A DNA stretch of 64,000 nucleotides from Eledone cirrhosa (lineage: Eukaryota). Under the pieces are notes generated by a model that saw only the letters and a list, made by a program, of their open reading frames with translations, ran no database searches and was not told where the DNA came from. Made by a program: the position numbers and the translations under genes. Shown one piece after another: positions 38,890 to 53,500 of this stretch. Within the stretch, counting starts at the first letter, position 1. Each line of letters begins with the position of its first letter. The stretch lies in contig OZ024743.1 of NCBI GenBank assembly GCA_964016885.1, forward strand, positions 331,638,001 to 331,702,000, in the 5' to 3' direction.

Positions 38890-39445
38890 CCACTGGGTGA
38901 AGAGTGCCAAGTAATACCAGTGGAGGGAAGTCAATGTAGAGGAAGACCAAGGAAGACATGAATAGAAGTGGTGAGAGCTGATCTCACATCACTAAAGTAA
39001 ACGAAGAAGATGATAAAGGAACTTGGCAAGTGGTGAGATGCTCAACTGAGAAGGACCTATCCAACACATGCAAGCTTGGAACATTGCACACCTAATGCAG
39101 CATGCTTCACTGGGTATGCAATGTATGTGTGAGAGAGAGGCAGAGCTTGGAAGATCTGAGAGAAAAGCTGGGTTTAAGAGGAATCCGGGGTGGCATGCAG
39201 AAGAGGAGAATGCATAGGTTTGGACATATGATGCATGTAGACAATGAGTGCTAGGTGAAGAAATGCCAGGAAATGCCAGTAGAAGGAAGACCAAGAAAGA
39301 CCTGGGCAAAGGTTGTGATAGCTGACCTCAAATTGCTAAGATTCGAGGAGATGATGAAGGAACATCGTGAGTAGAGAGATGCCATGCTGAGAGGACCCGT
39401 CCAACTCATGCAAGCATGGAAAAACAGATGTAAAAATGATGATAT
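38890..39445 (+). mobile_element. Highly decayed RTE LINE 3' fragments
   Basis: ggaagaccaagaaagacctgg (GRPRKTW) remnants, ending catgcaagcatggaaaaacagatgtaaaaatgatgat. Confidence 0.65.
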
Positions 39446-40109
39446 ATAACAGAGGAAACTGATTGAGATGCAACAAAAATGTCAGTGCAGATATGAATGA
39501 CAAAGAGAATGAGAATGGTAAATCTAGTGAGGTGCAATAGATATTTTGGTACATTCTTTTATCATTTTACTTAACTCCTTCCATAATTAAAACGAGTTGC
39601 TTGTTATGTTTTTTTTCCCAGTTGTAATTAAGTGAATAAGTGAACTAATGACAACAATGAATAGAATTCTCACTCTTCCCAACTTTCTTTGTCTTATCAA
39701 GTGTGTGTGTCTGTATTTATGTTCTCTCTCTTTCACTCACTGGTCTCCATCTCTCTTGCTCTCCCCTCTCATTATGGAACCCATGTGCTGGCTACCCCGT
39801 GGTCCCAGTGGACAGAATAAAAAAGGTGTGTCCCCAAATGATGGTCAGGGAGACATGTTGGAAGAGCCATTCCAGCTCACGAGACTCACACAATTCCGTG
39901 CCGATGGTGATGAGTAGGGAGGTGGTCCTAGGGCCAAGAACACCAGAGGTCTCCAGGTTTCAGTCAATACACTGCAGCTATGATGGGGCACCACCTTGTT
40001 TTAACCAATAATATAGACCCCCAAGAACATATTTTTTTCAAATCTGGTCATTATTTTATCAATCTCAGGATTGATAAACTGCTAAGCTAGGACATACACA
40101 CACACACAA

Positions 40110-40268
40110 TAGTCTTCTGCCATTTCCAACTGTGAAATTCTACTAACAAGATATTGGTAAACCCAAGGTTATAGCAGTAGACATTTGCCCAAGGTGCCAT
40201 ACAATGGGACTGAACCTAGAACCACATAAAGGTAAAGTAAAATCCTTAACAACACAGCTATGCCTTCA
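40110..40268 (-). mobile_element. Degenerate SINE (CORE-like family)
   Basis: Minus strand ggttctaggttcagtccca...caccttgggcaaatgtct, a tRNA-like head plus cttgggcaag motif. Confidence 0.45.
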
Positions 40269-40876
40269 CAAACACACTATATATATATATATTTATGTGT
40301 CCGTCCATATGTATGTATATATATTTATGTGTGTCTGTGTGTGTATATATATATATATATCTCACAAAGAATGTAAAAATGTTGAACACAGTGCGTTGTT
40401 ATACAAATTTTGATGAACACAAAGAAAATATTTAATATTTGTATATAAAAATCAAAGAATATGATACTCCAGAAAATTACATAAAATATTTATAAATCTT
40501 TAATTTCCTGTTCATAATTCATGAGAAATTAAACTTGTACAAATATGAACGTAATTTTGTATCGCTTACAATGACATCAGAGAAAGACAACCATAAAATT
40601 GAGTAATGGTGATGGTGATGGTAATGGTGATGATAAATGTAAGAGGTGGGAGTTGGCAGTTATTGTAGCAGTAATTATTAAAGAACAGGGTGGGGAAATA
40701 TGGCAGCAATGGCAATGATAATTGAAGAGAAAATAAAATAGTTTAGAATCTACCAATAAAAATATTTCAACAAAGAGCTGTATGTAACTTTAGTATAATA
40801 ATATAATTGTTTTTAAAATGTGTAGATGGAATTAAATATCAATATATTAAGTTAAAAATATATTTACATACATACA

Positions 40877-40914
<38 letters not shown>

Positions 40915-40915
40915 C

Positions 40916-41110
40916 GTAGGTCCCGGGTTGAGTCGGGGATAACCACAGTAAGTAAGGTACTCAATACATGGCAGAGTAAACATTTTTTATTTTATAGAAG
41001 GAGCTTCTACAGGATTAGTACTGTTTCATTCAGATGAAATCTTCCTGAAGATTTCATCTGAATGAAACAGTACTAGTCCTGTAGAAGCTCCTTCTATAAA
41101 ATAAAAAAAA
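40916..41110 (-). mobile_element. Penelope-like terminal remnant with 62-bp fold-back centred on a hammerhead core
   Basis: Arms 40983-41044 and 41047-41108. CTGAAGA at 41045-41051, ttc-atct-gaa stem II, GAAA at 41064. aggtactcaa motif at 40955. (TA)n flanks. Confidence 0.7.
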
Positions 41111-41134
41111 AATATATATATATATATATATATC

Positions 41135-41720
41135 TAGTGTGTGTGTGTGTAAGGGCCTACATCTTACGACCGATTTTCATGAAACTTTACAGGCTCATAG
41201 ATTAGTCACCGGGGAATGTTTTCTATATATCAGCGTACCGTTTTTTTATTCCGGGGTCATTTTGCGGATAAAAATCGATTGGGGGGGGGGGGGTCACCTT
41301 TTTTTAGGTATCGAAAAATAAGTTTTTGGCTCTAACTCCCACATTTTGCCACCAATTTCGTTCAAATTTTAAAGCAAAATAGAATTTATCATTGCACATC
41401 CTGTAATGGCTTTATATTTTGCATTTGTTCAGGGACGGCGTGGCAGCCGCTTAAATATTCAAAAATACCACTTTTAGACTCATAGCTCCCACATTAATCA
41501 ACCTACTTTGTTCAAATTTTACACTACGCTAGATCTGATTATTTCACGTCTTAAAGTGGCTTTACATTTTGGATTTTTTGTTCAGGAATGGCGTGGCAGC
41601 AGCTTAAATATTCAAAAATACCACCTTTTCGGCTCTAGCTCCCACATTTTTCAACCGATTTCGTTCAAATTCGAAACTTCAGCTCCACCTCACACATAAA
41701 TCAATTTATTTGGTTCAACT
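41135..41720 (+). mobile_element. Unclassified non-autonomous repeat with internal about 150-bp tandem units (possibly Helitron-like)
   Basis: Three ctctagctcccacatt...ttcgttcaaatt units near 41330, 41480 and 41635. The 5' layout resembles the 13313 element. Confidence 0.4.
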
Positions 41721-41852
41721 TTTATACTACGATAGAACCTATCATTGCATATCTTATAGTAGCTTTACACTTTGCATTTTTTGTTCAGTTTTTGCAGACC
41801 TGTTCAAGCCTTGCTATCAGGGAAAACAGACATCAAATGATGATGATGATGA

Positions 41853-41890
<38 letters not shown>

Positions 41891-42242
41891 TATATATCAT
41901 CATCATCATCATCATCATTTGATTTCTGCTTTCCTTGATAGCAAGGCTTGGACAGGTCTACCTAGACCAAGTCAGTACTGAAGCGGGCTACTGAACTTCC
42001 AGACAGGTCAGGAGTCTGCATCCTGCTTACATTCAGTTATACATTTTATTGAGTGTAGGAGAGATGTCACAAAATGAAGGGTCCTCATAATCCTTTGTTT
42101 GGCAAGCTGTATATGGCTGGACGTCCTTCATAACACCAACCACTTTACAACATGTACTGGGTGATTTGATTGTATAGATCACCAATACTAGGGAGATTGT
42201 CATGTTCTTGACACAACTAAAGAGTCATACACACACACACAC

Positions 42243-42274
<32 letters not shown>

Positions 42275-42334
42275 CTGTGTGTGTGTATATATATCTATAT
42301 ATATGTGTATGTGTGTATATATATATATATATAT

Positions 42335-42730
42335 CAGATCAGACTTGATTGCGTCAGATTGGACAGATATTAATCTATCCAATCCTGTCCATTTTGACCC
42401 AACCCAATACGGCCTAATCTGACCCAGCCTAATATGGCCTGATCTATCTCAACCCATTTTGATCCAATCTAGACCAATATGTTCCGGTCCAAGCTGATCT
42501 CATTTGGCCCAATCCAGTCCAAAGCAATCAAATCTTCTCCAGTTTGATCCAATCCAATCTGGAGCAATCCAATCCAGCCTAATCTCGAGCCAATCCGGTC
42601 TGATCCAATCCATTTTGAACTGATTTGGTTTGATCTTATCTGATCTAATCTGATCTAGTTTGATGTAATCCAGCTTGATCCGAAGCAATCTGATTTGATC
42701 CGGTCTGATCTGGTTTGGCCCGATCTGGTC
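42335..42730. repeat. Degenerate pentanucleotide satellite (gatcc/aatcc/gatct)
   Basis: 5-bp periodicity visible. Confidence 0.8.
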
Positions 42731-43059
42731 ATTATTTGAGTGTGTGTGTATGTATACATATATATATAATTTATTATCATTTAATGTCTATATGCTAGCG
42801 TGGAAGATGGACGTTAAACGATGATGATGATGATTTGATGTTTGCATGGATTAGACAGGTTACTGCATGCTGAATCCTGCTCAAGTCCTCCATTTTTTAG
42901 TTTGATGCCTTTTATAATGCCAACCACTTTACAGTGTGTACAGAGAATATTTATCATGACTCTGGCATTACTTGTTTAGAGGGTCAGCTGGATGCATTTT
43001 ATCACCTACAACAACCAGAACAGCATCACCAAAGTTACCACCATGCCCACTAAGAAAAA

Positions 43060-43437
43060 GAACAACACATATCAACAACAACCAGAAAAGTAACAACAAT
43101 CACAATCAAACCAACACTATTATCAACCACAACAAACACAACAACAACCAAACCAACACCAACAACCACAACAATACAACCAAATCAACACCTACAAAAA
43201 CACCACCAACAGTAATAACAACAAGAACAACATCAATAACACCACAACCACCACCAATAACACTACAACCATCACCAATAACACCACCTCCAATAATACC
43301 ACCTCCAATAACACCACCACCAATAATACCACCTCCAATAACACCACCACCAATAACACCACCAATAACACTACAACCATCACCAATAACATCACCTCCT
43401 GTAACACCACTACCAATAACAACACCACCACCACCAA
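43060..43437. repeat. (AAC/ACC)n low-complexity tract with 15-bp ccaataacaccacca units
   Basis: Direct inspection. Confidence 0.85.
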
Positions 43438-44092
43438 GATGTAAGGAATTAGCTAACCACATACATCATTTAAAGTCCCTTTACTCTGTTTACAAGGGTT
43501 GAATGGGTCATCACAGACCAAGTCAGTGCCTAATTGGAGCTACATATTGCTTGAATACCTTCCCCATACACACACACATAAACCATACACAAATGTAAGT
43601 ATGTAGATATCACATTTTATATGCTCCATACCACCATTAATTCCCTTTCGTGAGAGAGAGAGAGAGAAAGAGAGAGAGAGAATTAGAGAGAGAGAGAGAG
43701 AATTAGAGAGAGAGAGAGAGTCAAACTAGTAACCCACAAAAAAGCACCCAGCCCACACTGTAATGTGAACGTGTAGGCGCCATGAAAAAAAAGCACCCAG
43801 CACTAAATGTAAATGAGGTTGGTGTTAGGAAGGGCATCCAGCTTTAAAAATCAAGCCAGAAACAGTTCCCGTCCCACCCTTGCAAGCAGGGAAAAGCGGA
43901 CATATGATGATGATGATATATATATATAATCATCATCATATTTTTATTGTCTGTTTTCTCTGCTAACAAGGTTTGGACAGGTTGTCACAGACTGGGCGAG
44001 TACTCAAGTAGAGCTCTTGACTCACTCAGAGTAAAATACAATTGTATAATTATGTGTTCTTGTATATATACATATATGTATGTATGTATATA

Positions 44093-44156
<64 letters not shown>

Positions 44157-44556
44157 TATATATATATATCCATACATACATATATACAAGAACACAATTG
44201 TATATTTTTATGCTACCAGAGAGTTCCAAGATCAGATAATCTGAATTTAATTATTTAAGACTGACTGAAAGAGATTACTGTGATAATATGATATTAATCA
44301 ATAATCAATAAATAAATCCTACAGATAATATCTCCCCCCCCCCCCCCCCCCCCCCACTACCACCACCATTGAGATAAAAGCTTTGTCTCATTCTACAATA
44401 TGGTAATAGGGCAATAGAAGATAAAATATCAGTACTAGCTGACATGGTTAAGAACACGACAATTATGGCACATGAAACACTGGAACAAACAATGTTATTG
44501 TGGTTGTGTTTAGCCCCACATCAACCTTGATTGAGGTGACGGGTGCTTAACTCAGT

Positions 44557-47500
44557 CATTACTATATTTCTAATGAAAGCCACTGTCTATGTCTTTAACC
44601 CTTTAGTTACCATCTTTCTAAAGTAAGACACTGTCTATGTTTTTACCCTTTTATTGCCATATTTCTAAAGTAAGACACTGTCTATGTCATTAACCCTTTC
44701 ACTACCATATTTCTAATGAAAGACACTGTCTAAATCATTAACCCTTTCATTACCATCTTTCTAAAGTAAGACACTGTCTATGTCATTAACCCTTTCATTG
44801 CCATATTTCTAAAGTAAGACACTGTCTATGTCATTAACCCTTTCATTGCCATATTTCTAAAGTAAGACACTGTCTATGTCATTAACCGTTTCATTCCCAT
44901 ATTTCTAATGAAAGACACTGTCTATATCGTTAACCCTTTCATTACCATATTTCTAATGAAAGACACTGTCTATATCATTAACCCATTCATTACCATCTAT
45001 CTAAAGTAAGACACTGTCTATGTCATTAACCCTTTCATTACCATCTTTCTAAAGTAAGACACTGTCTATGTCATTAACCCTTTCATTGCCATATTTCTAA
45101 TAAAAGACACTGTATGTCATTAACCCTTTCATTACCATATTTCTAATGAAAGACACTGTCTATGTCATTATCCCTTTCATTACCATCTTTTTAAAGTAAG
45201 ACACTGTCTATGTCATTAACCTTTTCATTACCATAATTCTAATGAAAGACACTGTCTATGTCATTAACCCTTTCATTACCGTATTTCTAATGAAAGACAC
45301 TGTCTATGTCATTAAACCTTTCATTACCATATTTCTAATGAAAGACACTGTCTATGTCATTAACCCTTTCATTACCATCTTTCTGAAGTAAGACACTGTC
45401 TATGTCATTAACCTTTTCATTACAATATTTCTAATGAAAGACACTGTCTATGTCATTAACCCTTTCATTACCATCTTTCTAAAGTAAGACACTGTCTATG
45501 TCATTAACCTTTTCATTACCATCTTTCTAATGAAAGACACTGTCTATGTCATTAACCCTTTCATTACCATATTTCTAATGAAAGACACTGTCTATATCAT
45601 TAACCTTTTCATTACCATATTTCTAATGAAAGACACTGTCTATGTCATTAACCCTTTCATTACCATCTTCCTAAAGTAAGACACTGTCTATGTCATTAAC
45701 CCTTTCATTGCCATATTTCTAATGAAAGACACTGTCTATATCATTAACCCTTTCATTGCAATATTTCTAATGAAAGACACTGTCTATATCATTAACCCTT
45801 TCATTACCATATTTCTAATGAAAGACACTGTCTATGTCATTAACCCTTTCATTACAATATTTCTAATGAAAGACACTGTCTATGTCATTAACCTTTTCAT
45901 TACCATAATTCTAATGAAAGACACTGTCTATGTCATTAACCCTTTCATTACCATATTTCTAATGAAAGACACTGTCTATGTCATTAACCCTTTCATTACC
46001 ATATTTCTAATGAAAGACACTGTCTATGTCATTAACCTTTTCATTACCATATTTCTAATGAAAGACACTGTCTATGTCATTAACCCTTTCACTACCATAT
46101 TTCTAATGAAAGACACTGTCTATGTAATTAACCCTTTCACTACCATCTTTCTAATGAAAGACACTGTCTATGTCATTAACCCTTTCATTACCATCTTTCT
46201 AAAGTAAGACACTGTCTATGTCATTAACCCTTTCATTACCATATTTCTAATGAAAGACACTGTCTATGTCATTAACCCTTTCATTACAATATTTCTAATG
46301 AAAGACACTGTCTATGTCATTAACCTTTTCATTACCATATTTCTAATGAAAGACATTGTCTATGTCATTAACCCTTTCATTTCCATATTTCTAATGAAAG
46401 ACACTGTCTATGTCATTAACCCTTTCATTACCATCTTTCTAATGAAAGACACTGTCTATGTCATTAACCCTTTCACTACCATATTTCTAATGAAAGACAC
46501 TGTCTATGTCATTAACCCTTTCACTACCATATTTCTAATGAAAGACACTGTGTATGTAATTAACCCTTTCACTACCATATTTCTAATGAAAGACACTGTC
46601 TATGTCATTAACCCTTTTACTACCATCTTTCTAATGAAAGACACTGTCTATGTCATTAACCCTTTCACTACCATATTTCTAATGAAAGACACTGTCTATG
46701 TCATTAACCCTTTCATTGCCATATTTCTACAGTAAGACACTGTCTATGTCATTAACCCTTTCATTACCATCTTTCTAAAGTAAGACACTGTCTATGTCAT
46801 TAACCCTTTCATTACCATATTTCTAATGAAAGACACTGTCTATGTCATTAACCTTTTCATAACCATATTTCTAATGAAAGACACTGTCTATGTCATTAAC
46901 CTTTTCATTACCATCTTTCTAAAGTAAGACACTGTCTATATCATTAACCCTTTCATTACCATCTTTCTAAAGTAAGACACTGTCTATGTCATTAACCTTT
47001 TCATTACAATATTTCTAATGAAAGACACTGTCTATGTCATTAACCTTTTCATTACCATATTTCTAATGAAAGACACTGTCTATGTCATTAATCCTTTCAT
47101 TACCATCTTTCTAATGAAAGACACTGCCTATGTCATTAACCTTTTCATTACCATATTTCTAAAGTAAGACACTGTCTATGTCATTAACCCATTCATTACC
47201 ATATTTCTAATGAAAGACACTGTCTATGTCATTAACCCTTTCACTACCATCTTTCTAAAGTAAGACATTGTCTATGTCATTAACCCTTTCACTACCATCT
47301 TTCTAATGAAAGACACTGACTATGTCATTAACCCTTTCACTACCATATTTCTAATGAAAGACACTGTCTATATCATTAACCCTTTCATTGCCATATTTCT
47401 AATGAAAGACACTGTCTATGTCATTAACCTTTTCATTACCATATTTCTAATGAAAGACACTGTCTATGTCATTAACCCTTTCACTACCATATTTCTAATG

Positions 47501-50500
47501 AAAGACACTGTCTATGTCATTAACCCTTTCACTACCATCTTTCTAAAGTAAGACACTGTCTATGTCATTAACCCTTTCACTACCATCTTTCTAATGAAAG
47601 ACACTGTCTATGTCATTAACCCTTTCACTACCATCTTTCTAATGAAAGACACTGTCTATGTCATTAACCCTTTCATTACCATCTTTCTAATGAAAGACAT
47701 TGTCTATGTCATTAACCCTTTCACTACCATATTTCTAATGAAAGACACTGTCTATGTCATTAACCCTTTCACTACCATATTTCTAATGAAAGACACTGTC
47801 TATGTAATTAACCTTTTCACTACCATCTTTCTAATGAAAGACACTGTCTATGTCATTAACCCTCTCATTACCATATTTCTAATGAAAGACACTGTCTATG
47901 TCATTAACCCTTTTACTACCATCTTTCTAATGAAAGACACTGTCTATGTCATTAACCCTTTCACTACCATATTTCTAATGAAAGACACTGTCTATGTCAT
48001 TAACCCTTTCATTGCCATATTTCTACAGTAAGACACTGTCTATGTCATTAACCCTTTCATTACCATATTTCTAATGAAAGACACTGTCTATGTCAATAAC
48101 CCTTTCATTACCATCTTTCTAATGAAAGACACTGTCTATGTCATTAACCTTTTCATTACCATAATTCTAATGAAAGACACTGTCTATGTCATTAACCCTT
48201 TCATTACCATATTTCTAATGAAAGACACTGTCTATGTCATTAACCCTTTCATTACCATCTTTCTAAAGTAAGACACTGTCTATGTCATTAACCTTTCATT
48301 ACCATATTTCTAATGAAAGACACTGTCTATATCATTAACCCTTTCATTTCCATATTTCTAATGAAAGACACTGTCTATGTCATTAACCCTTTCATTACCA
48401 TCTTTCTAATGAAAGACACTGTCTATGTCATTAACCCTTTCACTACCATATTTCTAATGAAAGACACTGTCTATGTCATTAACCCTTTCACTACCATATT
48501 TCTAATGAAAGACACTGTCTATGTAATTAACCCTTTCACTACCATCTTTCTAATGAAAGACACTGTCTATGTCATTAACCCTTTCATTACCATCTTTCTA
48601 AAGTAAGACACTGTCTATGTCATTAACCCTTTCATTACCATATTTCTAATGAAAGACACTCTCTATGTCATTAACCCTTTCATTACAATATTTCTAATGA
48701 AAGACACTGTCTATGTCATTAACCTTTTCATTACCATATTTCTAATGAAAGACATTGTCTATGTCATTAACCCTTTCATTTCCATATTTCTAATGAAAGA
48801 CACTGTCTATGTCATTAACCCTTTCATTACCATCTTTCTAATGAAAGACACTGTCTATGTCATTAACCCTTTCACTACCATATTTCTAATGAAAGACACT
48901 GTCTATGTCATTAACCCTTTCACTACCATATTTCTAATGAAAGACACTGTCTATGTAATTAACCCTTTCACTACCATCTTTCTAATGAAAGACACTGTCT
49001 ATGTCATTAACCCTTTCATTACCATCTTTCTAAAGTAAGACACTGTCTATGTCATTAACCCTTTCATTACCATATTTCTAATGAAAGACACTGTCTATGT
49101 CATTAACCCTTTCATTACCATCTTTCTAATGAAAGACATTGTCTATGTCATTAACCCTTTCACTACCATATTTCTAATGAAAGACACTGTCTATGTCATT
49201 AACCTTTTCATTACCATATTTCTAATGAAAGACACTGTCTATGTCATTAATCCTTTCATTACCATCTTTCTAATGAAAGACACTGCCTATGTCATTAACC
49301 TTTTCATTACCATATTTCTAAAGTAAGACACTGTCTATGTCATTAACCCATTCATTACCATATTTCTAATGAAAGACACTGTCTATGTCATTAACCCTTT
49401 CACTACCATCTTTCTAAAGTAAGACATTGTCTATGTCATTAACCCTTTCACTACCATCTTTCTAATGAAAGACACTGACTATGTCATTAACCCTTTCACT
49501 ACCATATTTCTAATGAAAGACACTGTCTATATCATTAACCCTTTCATTGCCATATTTCTAATGAAAGACACTGTCTATGTCATTAACCTTTTCATTACCA
49601 TATTTCTAATGAAAGACACTGTCTATGTCATTAACCCTTTCACTACCATATTTCTAATGAAAGACACTGTCTATGTCATTAACCCTTTCACTACCATCTT
49701 TCTAAAGTAAGACACTGTCTATGTCATTAACCCTTTCACTACCATCTTTCTAATGAAAGACACTGTCTATGTCATTAACCCTTTCACTACCATCTTTCTA
49801 ATGAAAGACACTGTCTATGTCATTAACCCTTTCATTACCATCTTTCTAATGAAAGACATTGTCTATGTCATTAACCCTTTCACTACCATATTTCTAATGA
49901 AAGACACTGTCTATGTCATTAACCCTTTCACTACCATATTTCTAATGAAAGACACTGTCTATGTAATTAACCTTTTCACTACCATCTTTCTAATGAAAGA
50001 CACTGTCTATGTCATTAACCCTCTCATTACCATATTTCTAATGAAAGACACTGTCTATGTCATTAACCCTTTCACTACCATATTTCTAATGAAAGACACT
50101 GTCTATGTCATTAACCCTTTCATTGCCATATTTCTACAGTAAGACACTGTCTATGTCATTAACCCTTTCATTACCATCTTTCTAAAGTAAGACACTGTCT
50201 ATGTCATTAACCCTTTCATTACCATATTTCTAATGAAAGACACTGTCTATGTCATTAACCCTTTCATTACCATCTTTCTAATGAAAGACATTGTCTATGT
50301 CATTAACCCTTTCACTACCATATTTCTAATGAAAGACACTGTCTATGTCATTAACCCTTTCACTACCATATTTCTAATGAAAGACACTGTCTATGTAATT
50401 AACCTTTTCACTACCATCTTTCTAATGAAAGACACTGTCTATGTCATTAACCCTCTCATTACCATATTTCTAATGAAAGACACTGTCTATCTCATTAACC

Positions 50501-53500
50501 CTTTTACTACCATCTTTCTAATGAAAGACACTGTCTATGTCATTAACCCTTTCAATACCATATTTCTAATGAAAGACACTGTCTATGTCATTAACCCTTT
50601 CATTACCATCTTTCTAAAGTAAGACACTGTCTATGTCATTAACCCTTTCATTACCATATTTCTAATGAAAGACACTGTCTATGTCATTAACCCTTTCATT
50701 ACAATATTTCTAATGAAAGACACTGTCTATGTCATTAACCTTTTCATTACCATATTTCTAATGAAAGACATTGTCTATGTCATTAACCCTTTCATTTCCA
50801 TATTTCTAATGAAAGACACTGTCTATGTCATTAACCCTTTCATTACCATCTTTCTAATGAAAGACACTGTCTATGTCATTAACCCTTTCACTACCATATT
50901 TCTAATGAAAGACACTGTCTATGTCATTAACCCTTTCACTACCATATTTCTAATGAAAGACACTGTCTATGTAATTAACCCTTTCACTACCATCTTTCTA
51001 ATGAAAGACACTGTCTATGTCATTAACCCTTTCATTACCATCTTTCTAAAGTAAGACACTGTCTATGTCATTAACCCTTTCATTACCATATTTCTAATGA
51101 AAGACACTGTCTATGTCATTAACCTTTTCATAACCATATTTCTAATGAAAGACACTGTCTATGTCATTAACCTTTTCATTACCATCTTTCTAAAGTAAGA
51201 CACTGTCTATATCATTAACCCTTTCATTACCATCTTTCTAAAGTAAGACACTGTCTATGTCATTAACCTTTTCATTACAATATTTCTAATGAAAGACACT
51301 GTCTATGTCATTAACCTTTTCATTACCATATTTCTAATGAAAGACACTGTCTATGTCATTAACCCTTTCATTACCATCTTTCTAATGAAAGACACTGCCT
51401 ATGTCATTAACCTTTTCATTACCATATTTCTAAAGTAAGACACTGTCTATGTCATTAACCCATTCATTACCATATTTCTAATGAAAGACACTGTCTATGT
51501 CATTAACCCTTTCACTACCATCTTTCTAAAGTAAGACATTGTCTATGTCATTAACCCTTTCACTACCATCTTTCTACTGAAAGACACTGACTATGTCATT
51601 AACCCTTTCACTACCATATTTCTAATGAAAGACACTGTCTATATCATTAACCCTTTCATTGCCATATTTCTAATGAAAGACACTGTCTATGTCATTAACC
51701 TTTTCATTACCATATTTCTAATGAAAGACACTGTCTATGTCATTAACCCTTTCACTACCATCTTTCTAAAGTAAGACACTGTCTATGTCATTAACCCTTT
51801 CACTACCATCTTTCTAATGAAAGACACTGTCTATGTCATTAACCCTTTCACTACCATCTTTCTAATGAAAGACACTGTCTATGTCATTAACCCTTTCATT
51901 ACCATCTTTCTAATGAAAGACATTGTCTATGTCATTAACCCTTTCACTACCATATTTCTAATGAAAGACACTGTCTATGTCATTAACCCTTTCACTACCA
52001 TATTTCTAATGAAAGACACTGTCTATGTAATTAACCTTTTCACTACCATCTTTCTAATGAAAGACACTGTCTATGTCATTAACCCTCTCATTACCATATT
52101 TCTAATGAAAGACACTGTCTATGTCATTAACCCTTTTACTACCATCTTTCTAATGAAAGACACTGTCTATGTCATTAACCCTTTCACTACCATATTTCTA
52201 ATGAAAGACACTGTCTATGTCATTAACCCTTTCATTGCCATATTTCTACAGTAAGACACTGTCTATGTCATTAACCCTTTCATTACCATATTTCTAATGA
52301 AAGACACTGTCTATGTCAATAACCCTTTCATTACCATCTTTCTAATGAAAGACACTGTCTATGTCATTAACCTTTTCATTACCATAATTCTAATGAAAGA
52401 CACTGTCTATGTCATTAACCCTTTCATTACCATATTTCTAATGAAAGACACTGTCTATGTCATTAACCCTTTCATTACCATCTTTCTAAAGTAAGACACT
52501 GTCTATGTCATTAACCTTTCATTACCATATTTCTAATGAAAGACACTGTCTATATCATTAACCCTTTCATTTCCATATTTCTAATGAAAGACACTGTCTA
52601 TGTCATTAACCCTTTCATTACCATCTTTCTAATGAAAGACACTGTCTATGTCATTAACCCTTTCACTACCATATTTCTAATGAAAGACACTGTCTATGTC
52701 ATTAACCCTTTCACTACCATATTTCTAATGAAAGACACTGTCTATGTAATTAACCCTTTCACTACCATCTTTCTAATGAAAGACACTGTCTATGTCATTA
52801 ACCCTTTCATTACCATCTTTCTAAAGTAAGACACTGTCTATGTCATTAACCCTTTCATTACCATATTTCTAATGAAAGACACTGTCTATGTCATTAACCC
52901 TTTCATTACAATATTTCTAATGAAAGACACTGTCTATGTCATTAACCTTTTCATTACCATATTTCTAATGAAAGACATTGTCTATGTCATTAACCCTTTC
53001 ATTTCCATATTTCTAATGAAAGACACTGTCTATGTCATTAACCCTTTCATTACCATCTTTCTAATGAAAGACACTGTCTATGTCATTAACCCTTTCACTA
53101 CCATATTTCTAATGAAAGACACTGTCTATGTCATTAACCCTTTCACTACCATATTTCTAATGAAAGACACTGTCTATGTAATTAACCCTTTCACTACCAT
53201 CTTTCTAATGAAAGACACTGTCTATGTCATTAACCCTTTCATTACCATCTTTCTAAAGTAAGACACTGTCTATGTCATTAACCCTTTCATTACCATATTT
53301 CTAATGAAAGACACTGTCTATGTCATTAACCCTTTCATTACCATCTTTCTAATGAAAGACATTGTCTATGTCATTAACCCTTTCACTACCATATTTCTAA
53401 TGAAAGACACTGTCTATGTCATTAACCCTTTCACTACCATATTTCTAATGAAAGACACTGTCTATGTAATTAACCTTTTCACTACCATCTTTCTAATGAA

